Shown: positions 9,523-19,878 of the stretch, piece by piece | Layout of the letters: each line of letters opens with the position of its first letter | How positions within the stretch are numbered: the first letter of the stretch is position 1 | IMG/VR virus record: IMGVR_UViG_3300009094_000001 | Location: 1 to 64,000 of that record | Direction: 5' to 3' (one strand) | Length of the DNA: 64,000 nt | Source of the DNA: a virus | Program-made: the position numbers and the translations under genes | Notes under the pieces: model-generated | Database searches by the model: none | What the model was told of the DNA's origin: nothing | Seen by the model: only the letters and a program-made list of their open reading frames with translations

Positions 9523-10014
9523 ATGACACAAATACCTCTCGGCAAAGACGGGAAGTTTTTTACCCTAGTCGATGACCAAGATGTCCCGTTTGTAAAACAA
9601 AACAGGTGGAGCAGACACCGGGGCCGAGGGACTTATTACGCCTCTCGATTGATTCACCGACGGGGAAAGCCCGCAAAAAGAATTTATCTGCATCGAGAGA
9701 TTTTGTGCGCGGGCCGAGGTTTGAAGGTTGACCACCGAGACGGGAATGGATTGAACAACACTCGGGACAATTTACGGACCGCAACAAACTCGCAAAATCA
9801 TCAAGGAAAGATGACTCGCCCGGCCCATTTCAAAAGCAAGTTTCGCGGCGTGTATTGGCATAAGCAGAACAGAAATTGGTGCTCGCAGATTAAGTTTAAT
9901 TACAAGAAGGCGCACCTCGGCTCCTTTTCTAAGGAGGAAGATGCCGCCCGTGCGTATGATTTAACCGCCCGAAAACTCTTTGGCGCGTTCGCTCAGTTGA
10001 ATTTCCCGTCTTGA
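9523..10014 (+). CDS. HNH endonuclease with AP2 domain
   Basis: LHR...VDHRDGNGLNNTRDNLR; SKFRGVYW...AARAYD...FGAFAQLNF. Confidence 0.9.
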   Translation: MTQIPLGKDGKFFTLVDDQDVPFVKQNRWSRHRGRGTYYASRLIHRRGKPAKRIYLHREILCAGRGLKVDHRDGNGLNNTRDNLRTATNSQNHQGKMTRPAHFKSKFRGVYWHKQNRNWCSQIKFNYKKAHLGSFSKEEDAARAYDLTARKLFGAFAQLNFPS

Positions 10015-10038
10015 CATGCGGCTGGCGTGTGGTAGATT
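10011..10038 (+). promoter_or_regulatory. Host sigma70-like promoter (probably leaderless)
   Basis: TTGACA-16-TAGATT with extended TGn; ATG follows 6 nt later. Confidence 0.65.
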
Positions 10039-10044
10039 GGGGTA

Positions 10045-10662
10045 ATGATTATTGAGATAAATCGAGAGGAGTGGTTGCAGCGAGCGGTTCAAAAGCTGCG
10101 CCCCGTGTTTCTTGGGGCGGGGCACACAATTCCAGAACTTCGGGTTTCCGTCGGATGGCCCTCTAAAGGGGGGCTGGCGACAAAAAAGAGGGTTATCGGC
10201 CAGTGTTTTTACGGTCAATGTGCTGCTGACGGCAAGCCCCAGCTTTTCATCTCGCCGCTACTTGAGGAAGTCGGCGACGCAGGCGGGGTGCTGCCGACCC
10301 TCGTCCACGAGGTTTGCCACGTCGCTGCCGGACCCGACGCGAAGCACGGCCCCCGATTCGTTAAGGTGATGAAGGCCCTCGGTCTCACCGGCAAGCCGAC
10401 GGCTACAATTGCCGGCGAGGAGCTGCTGGCAAGGCTGCGCGAGATTTCAACGGAGCTGGGGCCCTTTCCGCACTCCAAGCTGGTTCCAATCAAGGATTAC
10501 AAGCCTCAAAGCACGCGCATGATTAAGTGTGCCTGCGCACAGTGCGGATACCAAATTCGGCTGACTCGGAAGTGGCTTGAAGTCGGAATCCCGGAATGTC
10601 CGGTCGATAACCACGGGGAGCTGGAACAGGAAATCAAATTCAACGAACCGCCAAACGAATGA
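10045..10662 (+). CDS. SprT-like zinc metalloprotease with Zn ribbon
   Basis: LVHEVCH...HGPRF; CxCxxCGY...CP. Confidence 0.8.
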   Translation: MIIEINREEWLQRAVQKLRPVFLGAGHTIPELRVSVGWPSKGGLATKKRVIGQCFYGQCAADGKPQLFISPLLEEVGDAGGVLPTLVHEVCHVAAGPDAKHGPRFVKVMKALGLTGKPTATIAGEELLARLREISTELGPFPHSKLVPIKDYKPQSTRMIKCACAQCGYQIRLTRKWLEVGIPECPVDNHGELEQEIKFNEPPNE

Positions 10663-10868
10663 GCCCGCCCCCCGCCCTCGGATTGACAGACTACCCCTGT
10701 CCGCTTTGCGCGGCCCGACTGTGGGTCCAGCCCGGGACTCAACTAGACCCGAATGATGGCGTCACGGTATATTGTGCTAATTTGAATTGCCCCGCCCCCG
10801 AAGTGTTCGGCCACGGAAGCAATGAAAAGTCTGCGTATCAAATCATCAAAGAAAAATATCGCCCATGA
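10659..10868 (+). CDS. Small Zn-finger protein (Lar-like)
   Basis: CPLC...CANLNC. Confidence 0.55.
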   Translation: MSPPPALGLTDYPCPLCAARLWVQPGTQLDPNDGVTVYCANLNCPAPEVFGHGSNEKSAYQIIKEKYRP

Positions 10869-11326
10869 GATTCTCGGGAGAAGAGCACTGCGAAGGTAAA
10901 AAGGTCTCGGCTGAGCGGGTCTGGGAAATCTACTGCAAGCTGTTAATCCGCTTTCAAACATTCCGGTGCCCCGGCCAATTGAACCCGGTGATGGAAATCA
11001 AGCCGACGCGTCGCGGCTGTGCATACTATGCCCCGCTCCCGGGCTTTGTGATTCCGGCCCACATACTCGACACCTGCGAGGAATATGTGATTTTTTACAT
11101 CTCACACGAGCTGTCGCATCACGCTTATGGCAGAATTCAACACGGGCCGGAGATGTGCAAGGTGGAGCGGGACATGCTGGCCCCGTTCGATATTTTTATC
11201 CACTACCGAGGCGGGTTCGGTAAAAACCAGCCTTGGTATCCTAGAGCGCTAACCCGGTCCACTGGTAGGGTTATTTGTGAAGTGGTCCGAGAGAACAGAA
11301 GAACCGTCGTAAAAATAAAATCATGA
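10865..11326 (+). CDS. SprT-like HExxH protein
   Basis: YISHELSH...HGPE. Confidence 0.6.
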   Translation: MRFSGEEHCEGKKVSAERVWEIYCKLLIRFQTFRCPGQLNPVMEIKPTRRGCAYYAPLPGFVIPAHILDTCEEYVIFYISHELSHHAYGRIQHGPEMCKVERDMLAPFDIFIHYRGGFGKNQPWYPRALTRSTGRVICEVVRENRRTVVKIKS

Positions 11327-11928
11327 CACAAGAACAAATCGAAAAATTCATCCGCATTGGAAGAAAGTCCGGCTGGCCGGCGCTAACGAACGCGCCGCAC
11401 AACCTTAGCGCCGCTGACGCGTCCACTGTTTATTTTGAATCGCGTAGGAGGGATGCTTCTGCAATGATATTTTCTTCAATTTCTCCGGCGATGAAGCTCG
11501 AAGCGAACCCCGTCGTGTCCGCCAAGCGCCGGGTGCGCGCGTGGAAGAAACTTCTCAAGCCGCAGCCTTTCCCGGCCAACGCGGGCGAGTGCATCCGAAC
11601 CTCGGCCGAGGTGCCGGCTGGATACATCCCGTCGAAACTCAACCGCTCCTCGGTCAAATCCTGTGCGCTTGCGGAGTCTACGCGAATCCGCGCCGGCAAG
11701 TTCAAGCGCGTGTCGCCCTCGTTCGTGAAGCAAGTCGAGGCTGAGCTGGAAAACATCATCCGAGGCATCGGCGGAGCGGAGGATAGCGAAGCCCCTCCCG
11801 GGGAGTGGGATTTCCTCAACCGCAAGCAAATCTCCGCTCGGGTATTCGAGCAGCTCAACCGCGCGGTGCGAAAAATCATCCTGCGCAAAGTGCGCGGGTA
11901 TCCCTCCAAAGGTCAGACATTGAAATGA
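11323..11928 (+). CDS. Hypothetical protein with candidate histone-fold C-terminus
   Basis: LNRSSVK...KRVSPSF...ELENII...PSKGQTLK. Confidence 0.5.
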   Translation: MTQEQIEKFIRIGRKSGWPALTNAPHNLSAADASTVYFESRRRDASAMIFSSISPAMKLEANPVVSAKRRVRAWKKLLKPQPFPANAGECIRTSAEVPAGYIPSKLNRSSVKSCALAESTRIRAGKFKRVSPSFVKQVEAELENIIRGIGGAEDSEAPPGEWDFLNRKQISARVFEQLNRAVRKIILRKVRGYPSKGQTLK

Positions 11929-11958
11929 CTTGACGAAACGACGAAAAGCCGGACCTTT
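11929..11958 (+). promoter_or_regulatory. Phage promoter motif copy 3
   Basis: CTTGAC gaaacgacgaaaagcc GGACCTTT ahead of the polymerase operon. Confidence 0.8.
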
Positions 11959-11969
11959 ATCCCGACTCA

Positions 11970-12173
11970 ATGTCTATCCCCGCGAAACCCAAGAGAACCA
12001 ATCATTACAACGTGTTGTTCAACACGCTGGCCAAGCCGCTAGACTTAACCCACCCGGACGCAAATATGTTTGGGGCGTTTCCCTGTCCCTACTGTCAATC
12101 CATCTTTCGTTGGCCGAATCAGAAGAAACAACTCGTGTGTGATGATTGTGGTCTGGAACAACCGCTCGAATGA
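11970..12173 (+). CDS. Small Zn-ribbon protein
   Basis: CPYC...CDDC; ATGA coupled to the polymerase gene. Confidence 0.6.
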   Translation: MSIPAKPKRTNHYNVLFNTLAKPLDLTHPDANMFGAFPCPYCQSIFRWPNQKKQLVCDDCGLEQPLE

Positions 12174-14191
12174 ATACCATCGGAGTTGACTTTGAGACCT
12201 TCTATCACAAGAAGCTGAAATACGGCATCGAGTGGCAGGGCGTTTGGAAATACTGCGATGATGCGCGCTTCGACCCCTACCTGATTTCCGTTTACGACGG
12301 CTCCGAAGCTTGGGCCGGGCATCCTCGGGATTTTAACTGGAATTCTCTCGACGGTGCCCACCTTCTCTCACACAACGCTCAATTCGAGCGAACCGTTCAC
12401 GCGGCGATGGTGCGCAAGAACCTTGCACCATCCTTGAACATCCCTAGATGGACTTGCACAGCTAACATGACTTCGTATCTGTGCAACCGAAGGGCGCTCG
12501 ACAAGGCTACGGAATTTTTATTGGGGGTCAAGATTTCCAAGGAGGTTCGGGATTACGCGGACGGAAAACACTGGGCGGATATCGTCTCGGACGGACGCGC
12601 AGACGACATGCTGGCGTATGGCCGTTCCGACGTGGTGTATTGCCACGGGCTGTGGACCCGCTATGGACACCTCTGGCCGGAATGGGAACAAAGGGTCTCC
12701 GAGCTGACCATTCGGCAGGGCATGCGCGGGATTCAAATCAACGTTGAGCTGCTCAAGGAATACATCGTTGTCGCTACGCAGATGTTGCAAGCAACCGAGC
12801 GACTCTTACCGTGGATTGAGGAAGGCCGCGCGCCGACGAGCCCCAAGGCAATTGCAGAGGCTTGCCGCGCGGCGGATATTCCGTGTCCCCCGGTGCAGTC
12901 TCATTTTGAAGACGGGGCGGAGCGGATGATGCAGTGGGAAGCCGCGTATGGACCGCGCTTCCCGTGGGTCGTCAACGTGTCAAGCTGGCGGCAGATTAAC
13001 AAGTTCCTCGACTCGCTGCAAACGATTTCAGAGAGGCTACAAGACGATGGGATTTTTGCTTTCGGGCTCAAGTATTTTGGAGCGCACACCGGGAGATGGT
13101 CCGGGGCGGAGGGGTTCAACATGCAGAATCTACGCAAGACCCCCTTGTATCGAGACGAGGCCGGGTTGTTGATTGTGGACCCCGCGCGGCTCAAGGAAAT
13201 CGAGCGGGAGAAGGTGCTCCCATCTTACGTTACTTTTGCCCTCGATATTCGCAAGCTTTTTATTCCTCGTGCCGGGCGCAAGATGATTGTCTGTGATAGT
13301 TCGCAAATTGAGCCTCGCTGCCTCTCGTGGAGCGTCCAAGACCAAGCCAAGCTGGACATGTTGCGCGCGGGCAAGTCTCCGTATCAAGCGCACGCCGAAT
13401 TAACGATGGGCTGGGACGGCGGAGACCTGAAAAAACTTATCGCCAGCGGACGCAAGGACCTCGCGGATTTTTATGCGCTGTCGAAGGCCCGAGAGCTTGG
13501 GCTGGGGTTCGGATGCGGATGGAAAAAATTTATCTTCATGGCGATGGACCTCGCGCAATATGACGTGACTAAGGACGACCCCGAAGTCACTCCGAAGCTT
13601 AGCAAGACCGGTGAACCATGTCTCGACAAGGAGGGGAACATCATCATGGAATCTGGATACGGATTCAACTCCAAGCGCATCGTCAAGGAGTGGCGCGCGG
13701 CAAACCCCTTGATTGCGGCGCGAGATTTCGACCACCCGGAAAATAACGGGCTCTGGGCGAGACTCGACGAAGCGTTCAAGGCTTCCTCCGGCCGGGATTT
13801 CGAGATTGAGTTACCATCCGGTCGGTGCCTGCGCTATGGTCAGGTGCGCCGCGAGTGCCGGACGGAGCAGGACGAGGATACCGGCGCGTTTGTGCGACGC
13901 TGGGTCACCACTGCAAATATCGGCGGGCGGCGATTCGTCATCTATGGCGGGAAGCTTACAGAGAACATGATTCAAGCTTTTGCGCGGGACGTGTTTGCGC
14001 AGCAATTACTGGAACTTGACAATACTCCGGGAATTGCTACCTTGTTCTCGTCACACGACGAAGCGATTTTGGAAGCCGACAACCATATCACCGAGGCCGA
14101 CGTGCAAACCATCATGTCGAAAGCCCCCGACTGGGCACCCGGGCTGCCGGTTGCAGCCGAGGCAAAAGAAGTCCCCCACTATGTTAAATAA
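12170..14191 (+). CDS. Family A DNA polymerase with 3'-5' exonuclease
   Basis: Exonuclease VDFET and HNAQFE; HTGRWSG; motif A DSSQIEPR, motif B KARELGLGFG, motif C SHDE. Confidence 0.95.
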   Translation: MNTIGVDFETFYHKKLKYGIEWQGVWKYCDDARFDPYLISVYDGSEAWAGHPRDFNWNSLDGAHLLSHNAQFERTVHAAMVRKNLAPSLNIPRWTCTANMTSYLCNRRALDKATEFLLGVKISKEVRDYADGKHWADIVSDGRADDMLAYGRSDVVYCHGLWTRYGHLWPEWEQRVSELTIRQGMRGIQINVELLKEYIVVATQMLQATERLLPWIEEGRAPTSPKAIAEACRAADIPCPPVQSHFEDGAERMMQWEAAYGPRFPWVVNVSSWRQINKFLDSLQTISERLQDDGIFAFGLKYFGAHTGRWSGAEGFNMQNLRKTPLYRDEAGLLIVDPARLKEIEREKVLPSYVTFALDIRKLFIPRAGRKMIVCDSSQIEPRCLSWSVQDQAKLDMLRAGKSPYQAHAELTMGWDGGDLKKLIASGRKDLADFYALSKARELGLGFGCGWKKFIFMAMDLAQYDVTKDDPEVTPKLSKTGEPCLDKEGNIIMESGYGFNSKRIVKEWRAANPLIAARDFDHPENNGLWARLDEAFKASSGRDFEIELPSGRCLRYGQVRRECRTEQDEDTGAFVRRWVTTANIGGRRFVIYGGKLTENMIQAFARDVFAQQLLELDNTPGIATLFSSHDEAILEADNHITEADVQTIMSKAPDWAPGLPVAAEAKEVPHYVK

Positions 14192-14431
14192 ATGAATGCT
14201 ATTGCTTACAAAACCAAAGACGGGCTTTATTGCATCGCCCCGGCCCCCTCTTTCAGCTCCCGTCACTACTCGTTGGACATTCCGTATTGCTCCATCCGCC
14301 GGGCGATTTATACCCGGTCTAGTTTGTGCTTTGCGGATGCCGACCCCCACGAGGTCTGTGAAGTCCTCACGCGAGAATACCGAAGAAATGGGGAAAGACA
14401 CCAAGGCTTCCCAGTTTTTGAGGAAGTCTGA
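14192..14431 (+). CDS. Hypothetical protein
   Basis: Abuts the polymerase stop and overlaps the primase start. Confidence 0.5.
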   Translation: MNAIAYKTKDGLYCIAPAPSFSSRHYSLDIPYCSIRRAIYTRSSLCFADADPHEVCEVLTREYRRNGERHQGFPVFEEV

Positions 14432-16644
14432 TGTTTTTCCTTCGCAATCTTTCGTCCATCGACATCTCCCCCGGGTTACCGTGGGAATTCACCGCGCTGG
14501 ACCGCGTTCCTGTGCAGGCCCTCGGCAAGGAGGGCAAAAAAGCGCGCACGGAATGGATAACGAATCCTAAGACAGACTTCCACGTTTACACGCTATTCGA
14601 GGGCGTGAATTCCAACCTGCGCGTCCGCGCGCCGGGTAACGACGGGGAAGGAAACCCCGCGCGAGTTTTGCACGGGCTACCGCTAGATTACGACTTCCCC
14701 CTTGCCGAGGCAGAAATTCTCGCCGGCATCGAACGTATGCCGCCCGACCTCCGACCGAACTGGCGGGAAACAACGCTCTCGGGAAATCTTCGCCTCCTAT
14801 GGCTTTTTGCGTTTCCGGTAAATCTCCCCAGCCACGAGTTTGCAATCGAATTTCTGAAATCCCTCGACGCCGTTATCCCGTTCCGCAATCTCGCCGGCAT
14901 CGACGAGTCCGCCCTCATTGCGCCGGAACGTCTATACACCAACGGCTGTCGTTGGCAGAAAATCAACCCGAATCCTTTTCCTCACGCGCTGCTAGCCGGC
15001 CACTTCATCAAGTTCTCTGATAAGTTCGATTGGAAGGGCGACAAGGACGCAACCCTCATCCCCCTCGATATCGTGGCTGAGCAGCTCCGACAAAAATTCC
15101 CGCGCTTCTCAGAATGGCCCGGGGATTTCGTGGAAGGCGCGCAGGGCCCTTCTTTTTGGATTGATGGGTCCGAGTCTCCGAAGTCCGCAATCGTTCGGCA
15201 GACCGGCATGCAGTCGATGGCGGCGCACCGGAGCAAGCCGTTTTACTTTTGGCCGGAACTAATCGGCGTGGAGTTTTGTAGCCGATACAAAACCGAGCAA
15301 ATCGGGAAGGCCACCGACGGAATTTTTTACGACGAGAAGCAATACTATTCGCTGAATCAGGCCGGGGTTTGGTGCGCAGACCCAAAGGAGAATATCGTCG
15401 GACTCCTGAAAACCGAGCGCGGCCTTTCCGACCTCAAGCGCAAGGGCGAAACGACCTCGGAGATAGAAAGGGCCCTCGTGCATATCCAGCGTCGGAACCG
15501 CGTGCGCGTGGCTGCGCCGTTCGCCTTTTTCCCGGCCGGGCGAACCACTCTACTCGGAGAATCCGTCTTGAACACTCACACACGAAAAGCGATGACGCCC
15601 GCTGAAAAACCCGGTCCGTTTCCCTTCATCGATAAGTTTCTCCGCACTCTGTTTAACCCCGCCGAGCAATACGAATTTTTCATCTCGTGGCTGAGTTACT
15701 ATTACAAGGCTTGCCACGCAAGGAGCCCCCGCTCCGGGCACGCATTATACATGTTCGGCGGCACCAGCGTAGGAAAAACCTTTTGCATGCGCGGAATCGT
15801 CGGCGGTCTCGTCGGCGGCTTCGCAGAACCGCAAGCTTTCTTCACGGGCGAGGACAGTTTTAACAGCGAGCTTTTTGACTACGCATTATGGTGCATCGAC
15901 GACGGCTCCCTCAGCAAGAACTACGCGATGCACCACAAGGTTACAGAGACCATCAAACGCACCGTAGCTAACCCCACGATGCGCTGTCGCGGTCTCTATT
16001 CCAAGGGTGCAACGGTTAGTTGTCAACCAAGGATTTCTATCACGGGCAATCTCGACGAGGAGTCCAAGAAAAACCTCCCGGACATGGACATGTCACTCCG
16101 GGAAAAAATCATGGTGCTAAAAACTCACGAGCACGCGCAGGTGGAATTTCTGCCCTTCGATGAAATGACCGCGATGCTGGCCCGGGAGCTTCCATACTTT
16201 GCCCGATTTCTTCTGGACTGGGAAATTCCGCCGCAATGCAAGGCAACGGACCCGCGTTTCGGCGTGGCGAATTACCTCGAAAAGTCTCTCGTCGAATCCG
16301 CGAACCAGAACAGCATCTCTGGCGCGTTCAGCGAAATCCTCGACGAGTGGCAGACCATGTATTTTACGCAATACGAACCGGGAGCTGATAAGTGGGAGGG
16401 GACTTCGTTGCAACTCTACAAGTCGATTATGCAGGACCATACCCTCGTTGAGGCGATGCGTCCTTTCGGAGTTCAGAACGTCGGACGCATGTTGATTTCC
16501 CTCGCGAACAAGCACGTATTCAACATCTCAGTCTCCGGCGACGAAGGTCGGCGCATGTTTACCATCCCGAGAGATGTTTCTCGCTTCCCAAAAACAAAAA
16601 GCTTGATTGTTCCGGGGAACAGTGTAAAGTTCACAAAAGTATGA
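14431..16644 (+). CDS. Primase-helicase (SF3/DUF5906-like NTPase)
   Basis: Walker A GGTSVGKT, FN-EL, Walker B WCIDD and ITGN; N-terminal primase-like DYD region. Confidence 0.85.
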   Translation: MFFLRNLSSIDISPGLPWEFTALDRVPVQALGKEGKKARTEWITNPKTDFHVYTLFEGVNSNLRVRAPGNDGEGNPARVLHGLPLDYDFPLAEAEILAGIERMPPDLRPNWRETTLSGNLRLLWLFAFPVNLPSHEFAIEFLKSLDAVIPFRNLAGIDESALIAPERLYTNGCRWQKINPNPFPHALLAGHFIKFSDKFDWKGDKDATLIPLDIVAEQLRQKFPRFSEWPGDFVEGAQGPSFWIDGSESPKSAIVRQTGMQSMAAHRSKPFYFWPELIGVEFCSRYKTEQIGKATDGIFYDEKQYYSLNQAGVWCADPKENIVGLLKTERGLSDLKRKGETTSEIERALVHIQRRNRVRVAAPFAFFPAGRTTLLGESVLNTHTRKAMTPAEKPGPFPFIDKFLRTLFNPAEQYEFFISWLSYYYKACHARSPRSGHALYMFGGTSVGKTFCMRGIVGGLVGGFAEPQAFFTGEDSFNSELFDYALWCIDDGSLSKNYAMHHKVTETIKRTVANPTMRCRGLYSKGATVSCQPRISITGNLDEESKKNLPDMDMSLREKIMVLKTHEHAQVEFLPFDEMTAMLARELPYFARFLLDWEIPPQCKATDPRFGVANYLEKSLVESANQNSISGAFSEILDEWQTMYFTQYEPGADKWEGTSLQLYKSIMQDHTLVEAMRPFGVQNVGRMLISLANKHVFNISVSGDEGRRMFTIPRDVSRFPKTKSLIVPGNSVKFTKV

Positions 16645-16823
16645 CTCCCGAGAAAGAACTGGTCCTAATCATCAAAGGCGCAATCTCTGAATTGCCCGCC
16701 GCCCAACGCGAAGCTGTCGAAGAGTTGGCAGACCATATTCGCAGGGCGCTTGTGACAGCGGGAGACCCCGTCGCATCTATGGCCCTTGCCCTCGTCGGAG
16801 CAGAAGCAGCAGCCCGAGAGTGA
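16641..16823 (+). CDS. Hypothetical protein
   Basis: Coupled 60-aa helical ORF. Confidence 0.6.
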   Translation: MTPEKELVLIIKGAISELPAAQREAVEELADHIRRALVTAGDPVASMALALVGAEAAARE

Positions 16824-17473
16824 GTATGTCTGAATACTACAAACCAACAGAAGATTTGAGATTTGAGCCGCTGAATGGCGAGGAAGAGCGGGCGCTTTTC
16901 GACGCCGCGCGCTCCGGCTGCGAACACGCGAAGGAATTCATTATCCGAAGCCATCTTCTGTTTGCCGCCAAAGAAGGACGCCGCTGGGCGCGCGGAGGAC
17001 TGCCCGAGGACGAGGTGATATCCGCCGCGAACTTTGCGCTGATGAAAGCTTACGAGGCGTTCGACCACACGCGCGGGAACCGCTTCGCGTCGTTCCTGCG
17101 CCCTTTTATCCGGGGGAGAATCGCGGAACTCTGGCGGGCGCAGAACGTGGTCGGCGAACATCAACGGAAGTTCGTTGACAAGGAAGAACAGCCGGCCGGC
17201 AAGCTTCAAGAGCCGGTGGTTTATCAGGAGGTGGAAAGCGAGGACCACGCACGATTTCTGGAAAAGATGGTCAACGAGGCCAAGCAGGCGGTGCTGACGG
17301 AGAGGGAAAGAATCGTCCTCGACCAACACTTCGGGGCAGGCAAGGAAATGACGAAGATTGCGAAGCAACTCAAGTTAACCCGCGAGCGCATTCGGCAAAT
17401 CAAGGAGTGCGCGCTGCGAAAGCTGAACCGGGAACTGACCTTGCGCATGAAACTTGCGGGGGTGCAGAGATGA
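16820..17473 (+). CDS. Phage sigma-70 family RNA polymerase sigma factor
   Basis: Region 2 ALMKAYEAFDHTRGNRFASF; region 4 LTERER...IAKQLKLTRERIRQI...ALRKL. Confidence 0.92.
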   Translation: MSMSEYYKPTEDLRFEPLNGEEERALFDAARSGCEHAKEFIIRSHLLFAAKEGRRWARGGLPEDEVISAANFALMKAYEAFDHTRGNRFASFLRPFIRGRIAELWRAQNVVGEHQRKFVDKEEQPAGKLQEPVVYQEVESEDHARFLEKMVNEAKQAVLTERERIVLDQHFGAGKEMTKIAKQLKLTRERIRQIKECALRKLNRELTLRMKLAGVQR

Positions 17474-18003
17474 GAATCCTCGCGCTCGATTTAGGAACGA
17501 TGACCGGATGGGCCATCTCGGGATACCATTTCAGCGCCGTTTTTGCTGGGACGTGGGTTCTTGAAACCCCGCGCGGCATGCGCTACGCAAAAAAGCTGCG
17601 CATGGACCGGCGGCTAGACCCCCGGGTAATGGCGCTGGTGAATCACCTTGGGGAAGTGCATCGGAAAACCCCGCTTGATTACATCGTGTTTGAGGACGTG
17701 CGATTCGCGAGTTCGCAGGCTCAGGCCCACCTTTGGGCAAGCTTTCGCGGCGCGGTCTGGGCGTTCGCGCACCTAAACGGGATTCAGACGGAGTGCCTCG
17801 ATACCGGCAAGCTGAAAATCTTCGCGACCGGCTCCGGTTCCGCAGACAAGCCGGCAATGTCGGCGGCGCTTGTGCGGCAATTCCCGGGCGTCTTCGCGCA
17901 CGAAAAAGGGCTTGTGAAACACCGCGAAACGGGGACCTTATTGGGAGACGACGCAGTCGATGCCATCCACCTTTTGAATTGGGCTCAGTCCATCCTGAAA
18001 TGA
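17470..18003 (+). CDS. RuvC-like Holliday junction resolvase
   Basis: ILALDLGTMTGWA, IVFE, K..ATGSGSADK and DDAVDA. Confidence 0.85.
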   Translation: MRILALDLGTMTGWAISGYHFSAVFAGTWVLETPRGMRYAKKLRMDRRLDPRVMALVNHLGEVHRKTPLDYIVFEDVRFASSQAQAHLWASFRGAVWAFAHLNGIQTECLDTGKLKIFATGSGSADKPAMSAALVRQFPGVFAHEKGLVKHRETGTLLGDDAVDAIHLLNWAQSILK

Positions 18004-18572
18004 AACCGCAACCACTTCCCATACCCTCCCGCGAGTCTACAAGTCACGGACAACTAAACGCGCTGCTGTGCATCACCCAAGCGCTGCAACCCTACCTGAT
18101 ACTTCCGCCGCAGGAGAACATCCCCAAGGAGCCTCAACTCGACGGCGGCACCGTGGCGGCTGCCGCAACAACGTTTATCAAAACCTGCGCCAAGATTGAC
18201 GAGCTGCTCGCGGATTTGTCCCGCTGGAATCTGGAAAGCCAAGACGCGCTTTACGACGCGCTGGTGAGGACGCAGGAACAACAACAGGCATTTTTGAAAG
18301 CCCAGACCGCCGCCGCAGAGTCGATAACGCGCCCATCTTTTCAGCTAAAGCCCGTGCTGGTGCTCGTCGATAACGGCTACGCGGCGGTATACGGGGACTT
18401 GACAACCGGCGCGTCAGTGGTAGGGTATGGGCTCACGCCGGAGCTTGCGTTTGCAGACTTTGATGCTGCGTGGCGTCGTCAGGCAATCGAGCAAAATGTG
18501 ATTTCGCCAGTGGAGCAGCCCGCGCCTCCGCCGGCAGCGCCAGAAGTAAAACCAAAGCGAAAAAAGAAATGA
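18000..18572 (+). CDS. Hypothetical protein
   Basis: Coupled ORF; C-terminal VVGYGLTPELAFADFD segment. Confidence 0.65.
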   Translation: MKPQPLPIPSRESTSHGQLNALLCITQALQPYLILPPQENIPKEPQLDGGTVAAAATTFIKTCAKIDELLADLSRWNLESQDALYDALVRTQEQQQAFLKAQTAAAESITRPSFQLKPVLVLVDNGYAAVYGDLTTGASVVGYGLTPELAFADFDAAWRRQAIEQNVISPVEQPAPPPAAPEVKPKRKKK

Positions 18573-19870
18573 ATAAACCTTGGAGCAAATACGAGGACGA
18601 AACAATACGGACGTATTCAAATAACGCGCATGCCGCCAGTGTGCTCGGCCGCACAGAAGCGGCGATACGCGGGCGTCGGCAACGTCTCGGGCTCGTGAAT
18701 CCAAAAAATCCAATCAACGAAAAGGAAGTTGTGTCGGAGACCAAGTTCCAACAGGAGAAAGAATCCACACCCTCAACTTTCGAGGAGGACCTCGACACGA
18801 GTCGAAACGAATACTGGAAGCACCAGTACAAGGCCCTCGAATCGAAATACAAGCAAGCCCTCAAGCAAACTTCCGTCGTTGAACAGCTCGTGGAGCGCGC
18901 GGCAGACCTCGCCCCGCTTTCTTATCAGTGCGCCGCCCCGGAAATCAAGCCCGTGCAACATTCCGGGAACCCGCAATCCGCTGTGTTGCTGTTATCAGAT
19001 ACGCACGTCGGCCAAATCGTCAAGCCGAGTCAAACGCTCGGGCTCGGGCTCTATAATTTCGAGGTGTTCCTTGCGAGGCTCAAATTCGTCGAGGATTCCG
19101 TTCGCAGCATCATCGGAGACCACACCACAACCGAAGTCCCGGAGCTGGTGGTTTGCCTCGGGGGCGATATGTTGCACGGCGCACTGAATCACAGCGCCGA
19201 AGCTGCTCAGCACACCACGCTGTTTTCACAATTTTACGGAGCCGGCCACGCACTCGCGCAGTTCCTTCGCAATCTCGCGCCGATTGTGCCGAAGATTCGC
19301 ATCCAAACCGCCGTTGGAAACCACCCCCGATGGGGGCACCAACACAAGATGCCGACGCACAATCGCTACTCGAATCTTGACCACTTTCTTTACGCCTACG
19401 TGCAGGCGTTGACACGGGAGATTACGTCGATTGAATGGCAGCTCGACATGCAGCCGTTCAGTCTTTTCGACGTTCAGGGATTCCGCTTTCACCTCTCGCA
19501 CGGGGACCACCTTCGCGGCGGAGACAAAGCGCTCGGGATTCCGAATCACGCCGTCGGCCGTATGGTTTCTGCCAACGTGCAGCTCTTCGGAAAGCACGAT
19601 TTGCCGGCCCCGCACTACTACCTGACCGGGCACCTTCACCGCGATATCGCGTTGCCGCATGCACGCGGCAGTTTCATCGTCAACGGCGGGTTCGCCGGCA
19701 TCGATGGATATTCGCTGACGGAGGGATTTTCGCCGGTTGACCCAACGCAGACATTTTTCCTCGTGCATCCGAAATACGGCAGGACCGCAACGTATCCGAT
19801 TCAACTCAAGTTCGCCGAAGTGCAGGAACACCGCCCTTACACGATTCCCGAGGGATATGAAATCAACTAA
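18569..19870 (+). CDS. Calcineurin-like metallophosphoesterase with N-terminal Myb/HTH
   Basis: LSDTH, GGD, GNH, HG and GHLH motifs; N-terminal WSKYED...LGRTEAAI. Confidence 0.85.
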   Translation: MNKPWSKYEDETIRTYSNNAHAASVLGRTEAAIRGRRQRLGLVNPKNPINEKEVVSETKFQQEKESTPSTFEEDLDTSRNEYWKHQYKALESKYKQALKQTSVVEQLVERAADLAPLSYQCAAPEIKPVQHSGNPQSAVLLLSDTHVGQIVKPSQTLGLGLYNFEVFLARLKFVEDSVRSIIGDHTTTEVPELVVCLGGDMLHGALNHSAEAAQHTTLFSQFYGAGHALAQFLRNLAPIVPKIRIQTAVGNHPRWGHQHKMPTHNRYSNLDHFLYAYVQALTREITSIEWQLDMQPFSLFDVQGFRFHLSHGDHLRGGDKALGIPNHAVGRMVSANVQLFGKHDLPAPHYYLTGHLHRDIALPHARGSFIVNGGFAGIDGYSLTEGFSPVDPTQTFFLVHPKYGRTATYPIQLKFAEVQEHRPYTIPEGYEIN

Positions 19871-19878
19871 ACAAAAAA

